This document shows positions 12,733 through 25,162 of a DNA stretch of 64,000 nt, in pieces. The notes under the pieces are model-generated. The model saw nothing but the letters and a program-made list of their open reading frames with translations, was not told the origin of the DNA and searched no databases. The stretch is from Balanoglossus misakiensis (lineage: Eukaryota > Animalia > Hemichordata). Position 1 is the first letter of the stretch, and each line of letters begins with the position of its first letter. The stretch spans positions 1,748,422-1,812,421 of the forward strand of contig CM082597.2 of the NCBI GenBank assembly GCA_040954595.2, written 5' to 3'. A program made the translations under genes and the position numbers.

Positions 12733-15732
12733 ATACAGATTTTCTGAAAAATATTAGTCCTCGAACCCTTTCAATTCCTTGCTGCATTAAAGTATGAGGA
12801 GTCTTTTTGAAAATACAGAGGAAAATTGGGTGTACATAGTTACATTTTTATTTAAAAAAAATCACCACTTCACTTTTTCTCCATTTAGTTAACATAGAGA
12901 CTGGCAGTCATTTTGAAATTTCAAATTGGACACAATTTGGCGCACGAGAAAAGACAAGAAACCGGGAAATAATAAAGTAACAGTAAATTGTAAACTACTA
13001 ACCTTTGTAGATGTATATCTTGATCATTATCAACGATAACAATATACATGTCACAAAACAGCCGAGTAAGATATTTTTCTTGAAACCCATGCTTGGCCTT
13101 GAAACATTATTTATGAAAAACTGAAAACAAAACAACAAGAGTACACGGTTCACTCAATTTTACCTTAAAGTGTGGGTGTCGTCAAGTCTACGGCTGCGTG
13201 ACCCACACCGACACATTTGCTGACAAGGCAAAGTAGATACAAAGTGTATACTGCTACAGTGTCCATCTTTTATATAATGCGGTTGTTACTTTTTATTACA
13301 ATGTATATCATGGCAAACAATGCGTTGTTACTTTTTATCACATTTCCAGTTTACTTTGAAAAAACACGTATTGGTTGATAGAGTCTCTCTTAATAGTACA
13401 CCCTCTCTTGAATTATATTCGTGTGTTTATAAATATTGTTTGTTTTTCTAATACTAAGAGCACTCACCTCTTCTGTCAAGGTTATTGAAGGGGTCTTCTC
13501 TAAAGTCCCCATTTCAATTTCCGTGCGCCGCCCAACCTCGAGTTCTTCGGAGGCAAAATATGGTTCATCATGACCAATGATATTACGCGCTCCTAAAGGT
13601 TGAAATAATATAAGAGAAATATGTGAACTGTGATTTTATTTTTCATAATTAGTACATGGAAATGCTAGCCTGCTTTAGAATTGTAGGGTGACCCCTGAAC
13701 TGAGGGTCAAAGGTCGAATCTTCAAAACACCAGATGCTGTGCTGTGATCTTTTATACTTAACGAGATGTTATACTTTCCTGATGACAACAGCTGTCATAT
13801 TGCGATGAAATGTAATTTGAAATTGTATACCACATTTGAGTTTCAAACACAAAAAACATCCCTTTGTGTATAACAAGTGGCACATGGCAACAAGCAACAC
13901 TGTACCAGAGTGTAGCCCTAGTAACGAAAAAGAGAGAGGGGGAGGAGGGGATTGGCTAACCAGACAAACAGACAGGAAAATTAGATCTGAGAGGGGACAA
14001 AATAATATGAAGGTATAAGTAGAATCATCAGAGACCCAGTTTATATCTTTATGTAGAATAAAATCACGAATGAACATGATATAAATTCGCACCTGTGCTG
14101 TCAAATTGCGATTGACAAAACTTTCCTTCCATCTACTCAGAGTATTGGGTGGGGATATTGTACGCAGGCAAAAGTATTCCAAGCACAAATAACGCGTTAT
14201 TTGTGCTTGGATTTCATAACATGTGTGTCTGAAAATCCTGACCTGAAAACAGCTGATGTATTCTGACATGCGCAGCAGAGACATGAAACAATGCTACGTG
14301 TTTATTTTTAGCGTCGTTGCAGTCCGAATCCCCGAAAGAGCTCGAAAATCATAGGCTGTGTGCCTGTCTGTTTTTCTTCGTATGTTTTCCTATTTGTCTA
14401 CAAATATAAGAACTCGTTTGAATAACTGACATATTGAACAAACATTATTGAAATAATATCTGAGGAGGATAGAAGCAACAGCGTGTTGTCACACTGAGTG
14501 TATTACATTTTCTAAAAAAATCTATTCCTCTCTCGGTTTGTCGAATTTCTGCGGGGAATTTCGACAAACCAGCTACCTTGTGGTGTATGATTGCACAGGA
14601 AGGTACCATATGGACTCCATATTTATTTTATATGCGAACCGAACATACACCCAGTGAAACAAATTGTGATTTTGAGTGATAAATATAGAGCAAACACGCA
14701 CCTTCACGTTTCCATGGTGATCACGAATACTTAATTACTCTTGTATAACCTTAAAACTTGACCAGTAAGGAAGGATTCCGAATTCTTAGAAAGCTCCCGT
14801 CGAAACTGTATAAAACACGCGTCCGTTCTAAAGATTGGTTTTGTATTCTATACGTGTTGAACCAACGGCAACAGCTGTCCGGGGACTAACACTGGTATTA
14901 TAAGACTTGGCAACATGTTGTAAGAGTATCATAGAAAAACCAATAAAATGAAATTTGAATAAACTGGCCAATATTGAAACCTGTTTTAATCACTGAAGTT
15001 TATTATAGATAAACGATATTGTCCACACATATTGATTACTATTTAAAGCCATTTTTATAATCTAAACGGAAATAACATATATGAATATTAATTTCACTCA
15101 TATCCTGTATAATATTCCAGAGCCAACAACAATCAGTACGACTTGACCAGTTTAAGCGAATCGCGATAAAATTTGCGTGTCACCTACGCCATCTTTTGAC
15201 AGACAGACTGACGGATGGATAGACATACAGAAAACGAACACAATTCCACGAAAACCAATTTGGCCATTGGAGGGCGCTACTCGCGATGTATGCTACAACC
15301 CACAATCAGGTTTATAAGATAAAATTTTCAAATTACAAAACAGGTATTACAGAGTACCAAGATAAAAATATACAACAATTTCCCTCAAAAAAGTTTCTAT
15401 TAAAACTGGCTCCTTACAATGTAATCTGAGATCCCTTTGACCCCCTCCCCCAGTCAAAGAAATTATAGACACCCTGCATAAAAATAATAGCTCCACTTTG
15501 TAGGCACGTACAAATTTCTCCCATCAAAATATAACTAGTATTGACCTTTCATAATTTTTCAGTGTTTGATAAACCCTGAGACGGTTTGTAAATGACTCTG
15601 TTGCAACCAACGATGAATACAAATCTTAGCCAAATACCGTTTTCATATAGTATGCGCCTCGAAAATCAAAGTCTCACATTTTCCCTCATATTTTGCTCTG
15701 TTAAACTTAAGTTTGCACCACGTGAACATATT

Positions 15733-17990
15733 CTAAATAATCGTACAAACTTTCGAATTTTTCCCTTCTGTTTCGCGGGCATCGCTTAAATAGTTCCCCG
15801 TTGGTAGAATCTCGCAGAAGTTCCTGACTTTGACCTCTTTCGGAGATTTCAAATTCGGTACGCTATTGGGGGCGCTGTTGATGGCGACTGTTTTTGTTCC
15901 GTTGCCATATTTGGTTACACAGTTCCCGGATGTACCGTTCGTCGAACCCGAATGGCTCGGTGTTCCATCTGGCGTAGACTGGACTTCTATACACCCATCG
16001 CTGACATAACCATTGGGGGAATCCCGGTTAGGCGGGGCAGGACTTTTGAGAATGATATCACTTCCTATGATAAGAACAGACAGGCTGTATGTGAATATTT
16101 TTTGCTCAAAAGCATTGGGATATACCCTACGTTAATATAGACCCATGTTAACGTTTCCTTCGTATGAAAAGTCAACCAATATTGATGGACTTTAAGTGCA
16201 AAGTGGGCCATACGAGCGGTATATATGCGTACACCTATTAATGAGAGTACTACCCACCCGGGGGAAGGGGAAAGAACTGTCTAGAAAACACATCAGACTT
16301 ACGAGTTGACGCTGTGCTTCCCCACAGAGATGAATTTCGCCGCTGCGTTCGAATTCCTGATTTAATCCATTGTTTCCATTCTGGTCCCAGTATGTCTTCA
16401 TCGCCAAGCAAGTTCTCCTTGCAGAAGTACGTGCACAGTTTGCCCTTGCCTTTGACATTGATCTCCCCCCTGGGTTCGAATGTTAGCGTCCGGCATTCGC
16501 TTACGGCCCTACGAAAATAAAAGTATAGGTATTCGCGTCACAGTCCACAGCAGCAGCATTTGCAATTGGCGGTAATTGCTTCATTTTGTATTCGCAACCG
16601 GGCGCTATAATGCTATATGCGCCTATCAAAAATTGGCATAAGCACATGTCTCCATAATTACTTGAAAATAGCTTAAAACTACCATTGGCAACACGCATTT
16701 TCAATGTGACCTACTACCTCCAGCCAGAGAGGTATCACTCCGCGTGCAACACAACGGAACCGCTTTACTTATCGCACTACTTTAGGCCAGTCATCGTGGC
16801 AGCTGTAGCTACATCCGGTTGCATGTCTGCCGTTTTCATATGTAGCACATATAAAATAATTTTCTTTATCTAACAGACCACAGACAGAGAACCAAAGTGT
16901 AACCAGATTTATACATTTTGGATACACATTGATTCACAATGTTGGCCAACGTCACTCACACAATAGGACTAAGTTAATTTTGCTACTGTCCTTAGCAATT
17001 GCTGACGTCTATGTTTACTAGATGAACAAACTGTATGCGGCGTGTACAGTTCGTACGTGTGCAACATATGACAACGGCAACGTGAGGACATGCGGCCAGC
17101 TGTATTGAACACGTGCTCAATACAGACACACGCGGATATTTACACGTGCCACAATCAGTGACATTTAAAAGGTTCAGTGATTCGTGTTTTTCTCCGATCG
17201 GAACAAACGTTAGACACAAACAACAAGTGCTGAGCTAATGATGCCTACTATATTTGGAAGACACCGTGACGGGGAAAACCTCTGGGGTATGCATTGATTT
17301 TCAAAGCCGATTATTTTACAAGAGTGCTTAATGACACCGCTTTCACAGGTCTTTTCCATATACATCAATTTAGCCAAGTACTAGCGGCGGAACCAGGCAA
17401 ATTTGGAAACCATCGTTTTATCCTCTAATTGACTGAAAGAAAGTCGTACATACTCGCGACAAATTATGGGTAATTTTTTTTCTCTGGTTTGGTTTGGTTT
17501 TTGACTTATACAGGCAGCCAGGTAGGAAGGCACCCACCCTTTAATGTTATATAGAAGTAGAAATACTCACTCAAATGTTTTCCAGCTGATGTGAACTTTT
17601 CCCGCCATTCCATGACTCTCCATTCTGGAAGCTGTGTTCACCGTGTCACCGAAGAGACAATATCGTGGCATTTTCTTTCCAACGACGCCTGCAACGACGG
17701 GGCCACTGTGAATTCCGACTCGAATCTGCAAGGCAGAACACAACGATTTTATATTTGATGTTAAAGCATCATGAAGCAGTTATATAGAATTATTTTTGAG
17801 AAAAGGAATTAGAGAAAAATGTGAAAAATCGAACACACCTGAATGGGTTCATTATTATTAGGTGACTTCACTTCTTGTACCGCTTTAATAATACCGATGC
17901 CAAAAAGTATCACGTGTTCTGCATGAGAGCTCGTCGGCGTTGGCAGACCTCCAACTACCATGTAAGCATCGCCGATGGTTTCAACCTGTA

Positions 17991-18021
<31 letters not shown>

Positions 18022-21000
18022 TTCACATACGCATGGCTTGGTTGATAGCAAAATATTTAGATGTCACCGCAAATGGCGGCCTGTAATCTCTTTAATAGTC
18101 ACCTACTCACCTTGTACACATCATGGACGTTTGTCAGTCTATCGAATCGCACGTACATCTCGTTCAGTAACCTTACTATTTGTATCGGTTTACACTCGGC
18201 GCAGATGTCCGTGAATTTGACTATGTCAGCAAAAAGAACCGTCACGGCATCGAATTCGCCTGAAAATGATGAATGGTAACAGAAAAGGTAGCAATATAAG
18301 TCGAAGGAGTACAATTTCATTTCATTTTCGTGCTATCGTGCTGTTGAGTGCATCATGAAACATTACGACGCACTATCACAAAATTAACAACATTTCAAGT
18401 TAATTGACACAAATTCATGATCAATTGCATCGGACACGTGAGTTTCGCGGAAAAATAAAGATAGTTGTTAACACCCCGCCGGGAAACACCTGGTCTTATT
18501 GAAAACAGGAAATTGCACGTTTTCAAGTGTTTTTCACTTCGGGCACATGGGACTATTCGGTTGATGCTGAATGAAGTTGCAAAACATCTTATCATACAGG
18601 CCAGCAAACGTCTTGTGTGACGTCTTGTGTGACGAGACAAGTCCTTCTATTCATGTTGTACCAATATTTGTCTGACTGACTAATACAAAATGGCTACAAA
18701 TTTTAGATTTTTGCGGGTGTGACTTGCACATGTCAATTACCAATTTGCATAATTAATGAAAGTTGCAAAACTGCCACAATAACACCGACGGTGTATTAAA
18801 CATAGTTATGGTCTTTAGGGAAATGGGTTGATGTATATACCTGCTTCCACGTGTCTTCCTTCCCTAAGATCATTCGCAACCTGCTGTGGGAGCATGGAAT
18901 ATAACAAGGCCTCGGTCTTCAACTTCTCTTCTTGCAAACTATTCATGAGAATCCTCAGCTCCTCTTTCTTATCCTCCAGCTGATTGGCCAACTCGATCTC
19001 GGCAGTCCTTTGTTGGTTCAATAGGATGAGATCTCGCGTGACGTCATGCGGCGCCATATCCGAAAAGTGCATGTTGCGGTCTTGCAGATCCTTGAGACTG
19101 ATCAGACGGGGTGACGCCAGGAAAATAATACAACGTGACTGTTTCATCCACACCATCTGACCTAAGTTGTAAACATAGTCGGAAATTACAGAGTAACAGC
19201 AATGAATTTCATAACACGCTAAAATTTCAAACCTGTCCGTCCAACCATGTGGTAAAAATAATAATTTGACCAAATATGATATGAAATATTATTTTATCGA
19301 TCTGGGAAAAGTACATACCTCTGAGCGATAGATTCGGCACGTTCTTATATGCTTCGGCTAATTTTTCTGTCTTTAAGGTGACCATAAATATCATATTTAT
19401 AAACTGTTTGATCATGTTCACGTCAATTTTGATCTTTGGATGCTCCATAACAATAAAGTCGTTCAGCTTAGAACCGATTTCTTTCATTTCGGGACACAGC
19501 TTCTGTAGTTTGGCGCCGCTATGTTGGATGATCATATGCTCATCGAAGACCACGTGGTACGGAAAGCATCTGCAGAAAGTCTCCGGGTCCACCATGATTT
19601 TCTCGGGGCATACGAGGTCTTCCTTCTCGTACAGCGGTTGGTTTTGAGTTCTCGCGAGACTGCCATATGAACTGCACGAGACGACGCTGTTAAAGCTCTG
19701 TTGTCGTGCTGGACACAATCCCTGTATATCGGTAGATATGGCGGGAAGATTTTCGAGTCTGTCATCAGTGGTGGTTGTTTCGGATTGGTCGACAGCATTT
19801 TCCTTGTAAATTGAGAAAGAGAGGTAAAGGAAATAAGGACCCAGTATATGAGATTTTCATCACTCACCTAGGTAGCAAAAACCTATTTAATGCAGGGAGA
19901 ATCAATAGACTTTGCACAGAAAACTAAATTAGGAAAGTTTCGATAGTAGTACCTGATCCTTAATCTTGACCAGGAATGTAGAATGCTCCTTCCTGCCTCC
20001 CTCAATCTCACATCTCCAATCCACAAGTTCCATCTCCACATTTATGTTAAATATGATTCTAGCCACTGCCTTAACCACCCCTTGAAGAGGAAAAAGACAA
20101 ACACTGTTACTTGGAGATCAACAAAATGCCAGGATGCAAAGGTCACAAGAGGGTGCAAAGGTCACAACAGGTTATCAAATGAAAGGACATATCCGATTGG
20201 CTATCGCGATTTGCTGGCCAGTATAGGAACGTATTGAGTAAAGACGCCCTCTATTGGTTTAAGTCTTACCAACCACAATCCCTTTCAGTCCTGGCCTCGT
20301 TGAATAGTAATGAAGAGTGATGGTTCCATCATGGCCGTTCTCCACTCGGAACGACGGCACGATCATTTGTGTGTATGTCGTTGATAGGTATACGCTGTGC
20401 AGGAAATCCAGATTTCCGAGGAAATCCGAGATAGATGACCCGAGGGCGCGAAACATGAGGTCAAATCCTGAACGCATGCACCAGATGACCCAGTACTCTC
20501 CAAAAATTTCCCAGACACTGTCCGTGCTCATTTCTGAATGAAGAAAACAAACAAATAAGAAAACGATGGACAGGTTAAGTAAAATACGTTATGCATGATG
20601 AAATAAGCAGTCTTTAAGTTTGGCATCTGTGTTATAAACACTTATGGTACTCCCAGACACTTACCGAGTAATTCAGCTGCTGCGTCGACGAGGGCATACG
20701 TCACTGAGTCTGGATATCGGTTGTATTTTATGAACTTGTCAACAACATTGGCTTTCATCCTGAAAATCGGATCAATGGTGACAGAGAATTGATCACAGAG
20801 CAAGTTGAAGAAAATCTATCACTGAATGAATCTCAACACAATCATCGGTGTATGACTCACCTGATTTTTTCCCAAAATTCTTCACCAAACTTCTCCGTGA
20901 AGAGCTCCTTCACACATACATTGATAATTCCATACTGCAATAGAACATTCATGCATTATTAATTCATTCATTTATCATCGTACAGAAGCAAACAGCCAAC

Positions 21001-22403
21001 ATAACAACTATTGTCCAGTACTCATAATTGTAACACGAACATGAATCGCCCAGGCCCTTCGTGCGTCACCAAATTTGCGTCATTGACTGTCTATATCTTG
21101 TTTTCTTGAAATTCGACCGCCACTCAGGTAAGCGATTAACTTAGGCCTGGTAGTTACGACAGTATTGTGTTGCCTGCAAATTAGACTTCGATTGATTGAA
21201 CGGCTTGTATGTGCATTTGTAGGCGATTCTGGAGCAGTGTCGCGTTCACATACGTCGAGAGTTTTTGATTGCGAATTCAATCTTGCCTGCAGCCGAGTGA
21301 GACTATCAATCATTTTTCATGAAGATTTTAAAAAATGGTCTAAAATTATTTGTATTGTCAATGTTCAACACACGCTTTTCACGGGGCAGAGACACTAACG
21401 ACAGTGTCAAATGGACAGGTTTCGAGCATTTTGGAGTGCGTGATTTATTATTTAACAAGCGGATTACAAAATTTTACAACTTTTGTGATGATTTATAAGT
21501 GAAACTCCGAGTGAATCTGACACTTTAAAGCGGATATAACCGTAATGTGACACTGAAAAAATTGTTGAAATGCTCGATTATTAATCATGTTCCAAGTTTT
21601 CAGAAAAATCATTTTGTGGGTACTCGCGTCAATGGACCAATAATTTATCCCCGTGGCCATCTGTTCCCAATTGATGTTCATTTTCAGGAGCGCCTGAAAC
21701 TCTGCGATACAGAAAAAAAATCGAAGCATGGGGGTAGGGGTGGCGAGGTGACACAACATTTTGAGCAAGGGATCTTTGGGCGGTTTCGTTAACTATTAGA
21801 AATCGAAACAGAACGCCTCAAGAATCGATACATAATGGTGTACAGTGACAGTAATATTATGCGACTGCTTCAGAAAATCGAATACTGTGTATCACGGAAA
21901 AACACATCTTATATATAGGCCTTTATATAGTATTCCTACACTTTAAATTCGCTCGGATTGAAATAGGTATAGCAATGGTGTGAAGTAACATCATGCAAAT
22001 TCAAGCAATAAATCACGGGTTTTCTATGATGGTGTCAGATGAGTGATGAAGTTATGGCATCATCTGGATTAGTTTGTAATAAATGTTCATATGTTACCTA
22101 GGCGACTGTTTGTGTGTAGTACAACCACATCTTAAGTTATGTTATCATAAATGAAGGACTAAACGCGATCGATTGCAGAAACGTCTGTAATGTAAACATA
22201 GAACGCGAATGACGCTCACTAAATATAGGTGAAGTATTAAGCTTATGAGCAGCTGATGCACCTATAACCACGTCTAAAAACAGCAGACTTTGGAACAACA
22301 ATGCTCTCCGGGTATTAAAGTTAATCTACGTGAACACATCGATCATCGAATAATGCGGGCGAATAGAGAGCGCAAAATTGATACAAAATGTGAAACTTAC
22401 CAT
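15733..22403 (-). CDS. GUCY1B2: Soluble guanylate cyclase beta-type subunit (beta-2-like), 12 coding exons, 785 aa, H-NOX + PAS/H-NOBA + coiled coil + class III cyclase + CaaX tail
   Basis: Manually spliced exons, all GT-AG and phase-consistent: 22403-22401 (ATG only, then GTAAG), 20934-20861, 20759-20665, 20533-20270, 20080-19953, 19802-19319, 19161-18841, 18259-18111, 17985-17839, 17725-17571, 16508-16303, 16064-15733 (sum 2358 nt). Motifs: [13 protein letters not shown] start, NLDFLH (proximal His), HYYSTR (YxSxR), [94 protein letters not shown]; ends KVCTII*. sGC identity is firm; beta-2 orthology is inferred. Confidence 0.93.
17992..18020. repeat. (TAAA)n microsatellite in an sGC intron, next to a 3' splice site
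   Basis: About 7 copies of TAAA immediately upstream (minus sense) of the acceptor of exon 17985-17839. Confidence 0.9.
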
Positions 22404-25162
22404 TTCCGTGCGATTTTTTCTTGCTCTTGACTTGATCAGGAAAATTGCGGATATTTAGCTGGGTTCCAAGAGTGATTTTCCTAGCAGCGAGAAATCCCGA
22501 CAGTACTTTGCAAATGCATGTCGTCTTACCAGTACTCGTCTTACCAGCACAGTTATTCAGTCAGTCTCGAATATGCGGGCACTGAAATTACGTTCGCGCG
22601 TGCGCAAAGTGTGGTAGGGGACCGGAGCTACCGCCCTGATGGATGAACGATTCACTAAACGGCTATTGATAATACGTGATGCTTTTTGTTGTCGGAGTGG
22701 GTTTGATCATTGACACCGCATCTTGACTTCTTATCACATTTTTGTCACATTGATATTATAACATGCATTAGTTGGCGGGGACAGGGTCTCCTCGGTACAC
22801 TTGAGTCAGCAATATCATTATTTGATGGATGGTGAACCCTGGCCATAATTTTTTAGACTGAAGACATCGAAATTGTCAGGAGAATATCATGATTAAAATG
22901 TTCTGTTGCGGTTCTCAATGACATATGCAAAATTTTTCCATGGGTAAGTGTCGCGGTGCCATTCTGAAATGACATTTTCATCGGTTTTGCCTTTGAGAAT
23001 CTCATCCTCGAGCTTTTGACCCTTACCTACACTTTTGACCTTTAGCCTCTGTGACTGTTACGTAATTGGTTCGCTTTGCTCAGAAACCATTGTCTCCGCG
23101 CGATGCATAAATTAAAAGCCAACGCCCACTTGGCTACAACAATGTGCTATGGAAATTTTCCAATGGCTAAGAACTTGGTTTCACAATGATGTAATAGGGC
23201 CTACTCACACAAGAAATGTCCTTCAGCGTTGTCCAAAACATCACGTTTCTTGCGAATGCTGGCGACTCTTGTCTTGTTTTCCAACTCATCATTGAAGCAG
23301 ATAATCGCCTCCCAAATCATGTTCGACGGTTCATCAACAGTGCTTATTTGCATAATAGACGGGTTTCATTCAAGGGGTCGGGGGTCACCAATAGTTCAAC
23401 CTGGACTGGACAGGGGCCTTTTTCATTTCGTATTTTTGGCAGTTAAAGCTTCTAGAGCTGCCAAGTGTCACATATATTTTCCCCAATAAATAATAACCAA
23501 CCAGACAGAATGTTTCAAAGAAGAAAATTCACCATTTTAGTTGTACTTTGCATTTTCCCACAGTGGCGGCCATATTTGTTTGCGGCAAAGCTTGATTATT
23601 TATCGGGTTAAAACTTGCATATGCATTCATACTTACGGTTTTTAATACTTGTATATATTCATCAGTGCACATATCTGTTTGGGCTAATGTTATTACATTT
23701 TGCAAATAAATTTCATGATAATTATCCCAAAATTTGCAGCTCAAAAGATATCCAAAAATATCAGAACAGAAATTCTTCATGAATATTTTTGCATAATGCT
23801 TAATTTTCAGCAAAACATTCACGCCCAATTTAATCTGCTACTATCTATCTTTATTATAACTTTTGATAGAAAATATAAAATATATCAATGTACAAATTGA
23901 AAATTATCATTTGTGTACTCCAGCATACATAAATCATCTTTTCTACTTCTAACAAACAGCTTTGGAAAAATAAATGATTATAATAATTAAGTACAAAACT
24001 GATCACAATGTGACGCGTTGATGAACGAAGTTTAACCAAGTTTTTATAAAGTTTGAGTCGGCAAGTACTTGACTTAAGAAGATGAATGGGAATTTCGCTT
24101 GTATGAAAAAAAGCATTTTACAGGTATAGAATACATGAAAGTTAAAATTCCATGGAAAATGTGAACGACCTCAAATTTTAGTTTGCAATTGAAAATATAC
24201 ACAATCAGATCAAAAGAAGCTGATGCATTGGACGGAAAAAATTGAACCTATTTTACATACCCGTCCAGAGTTTGGTTTCAGCAATAGGTAAAATATAAAA
24301 TTCGCTTTCTTTTTGTTTGGTAGGATAAACAATTACCACATTAAATGAATGCAATGATTAGTTTATCAGATTATGCTGATATTATCTGGAATAGATATTT
24401 ACATACTATTTACAAGAAATTACGAAAATATGCTCATTTGTAGAATGAGATGAAAAAGATGTGGTTTCCAAAATAAATGGAACCCGATGCAATGTACACA
24501 AGCCAGAATAAGCCGCGCTTAACCAAGTTACAAAATAATACACACCATTCAAGTTCCTTTAACAGTAGAATACAATGTATTTTCTCTAGTCTATATTGCT
24601 TTTTGAATACCTGTCACATCAAATTAATGTTTCCATTCATCATTTCTGTGACAGGGTAACTTCTATTCTTTGACAAAGTTTTTTTATTTTCATCTTTCAT
24701 ATAATTTTATTTTAATATCCCTGGCTCACATGTTTAATCGATATTACACCATATTTTTTATACCAGCCATCATCATATCACTGCCTAATTAACTCCACCA
24801 CAGCTGTCTCTTTGTGAATTTTCTCATAAAGCAGTCAATTTGTAAGACAACATACTGTAATATCACCAGTGTTATTTTCAGGGAATCGAAGGTCGATATT
24901 TGGGTATCTACATACTCCCCAATTATGACAGAGCATTGATACTTATTTGCTGCGAACATAATTGACATAGAGATATTACTACTGCCATTGTAAATGTGGA
25001 TATTCATATGGTTGACTAGCAACTGTTCTGTTGTGATATCTTTTCTAAACTGCCACTATAAACTACATCAATCTCTGTTCAATTGGCTTTAATTATTACA
25101 ACATATTTAACTTTCTGTATGAATATTATTGCCAGACAAAATATGTCTAAATTGGAGCATCA

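Noticed and set aside
12780-13170. Possible non-autonomous DNA transposon remnant (similar impression at 21400-21900 and 15640-15720)
   Set aside because: Looks like interspersed-repeat sequence, but I could not define TIRs, TSDs or a second copy within the window.
13769-14284. 171-aa minus-strand ORF
   Set aside because: AT-rich, composition typical of translated non-coding DNA, runs through simple repeats, no motif.
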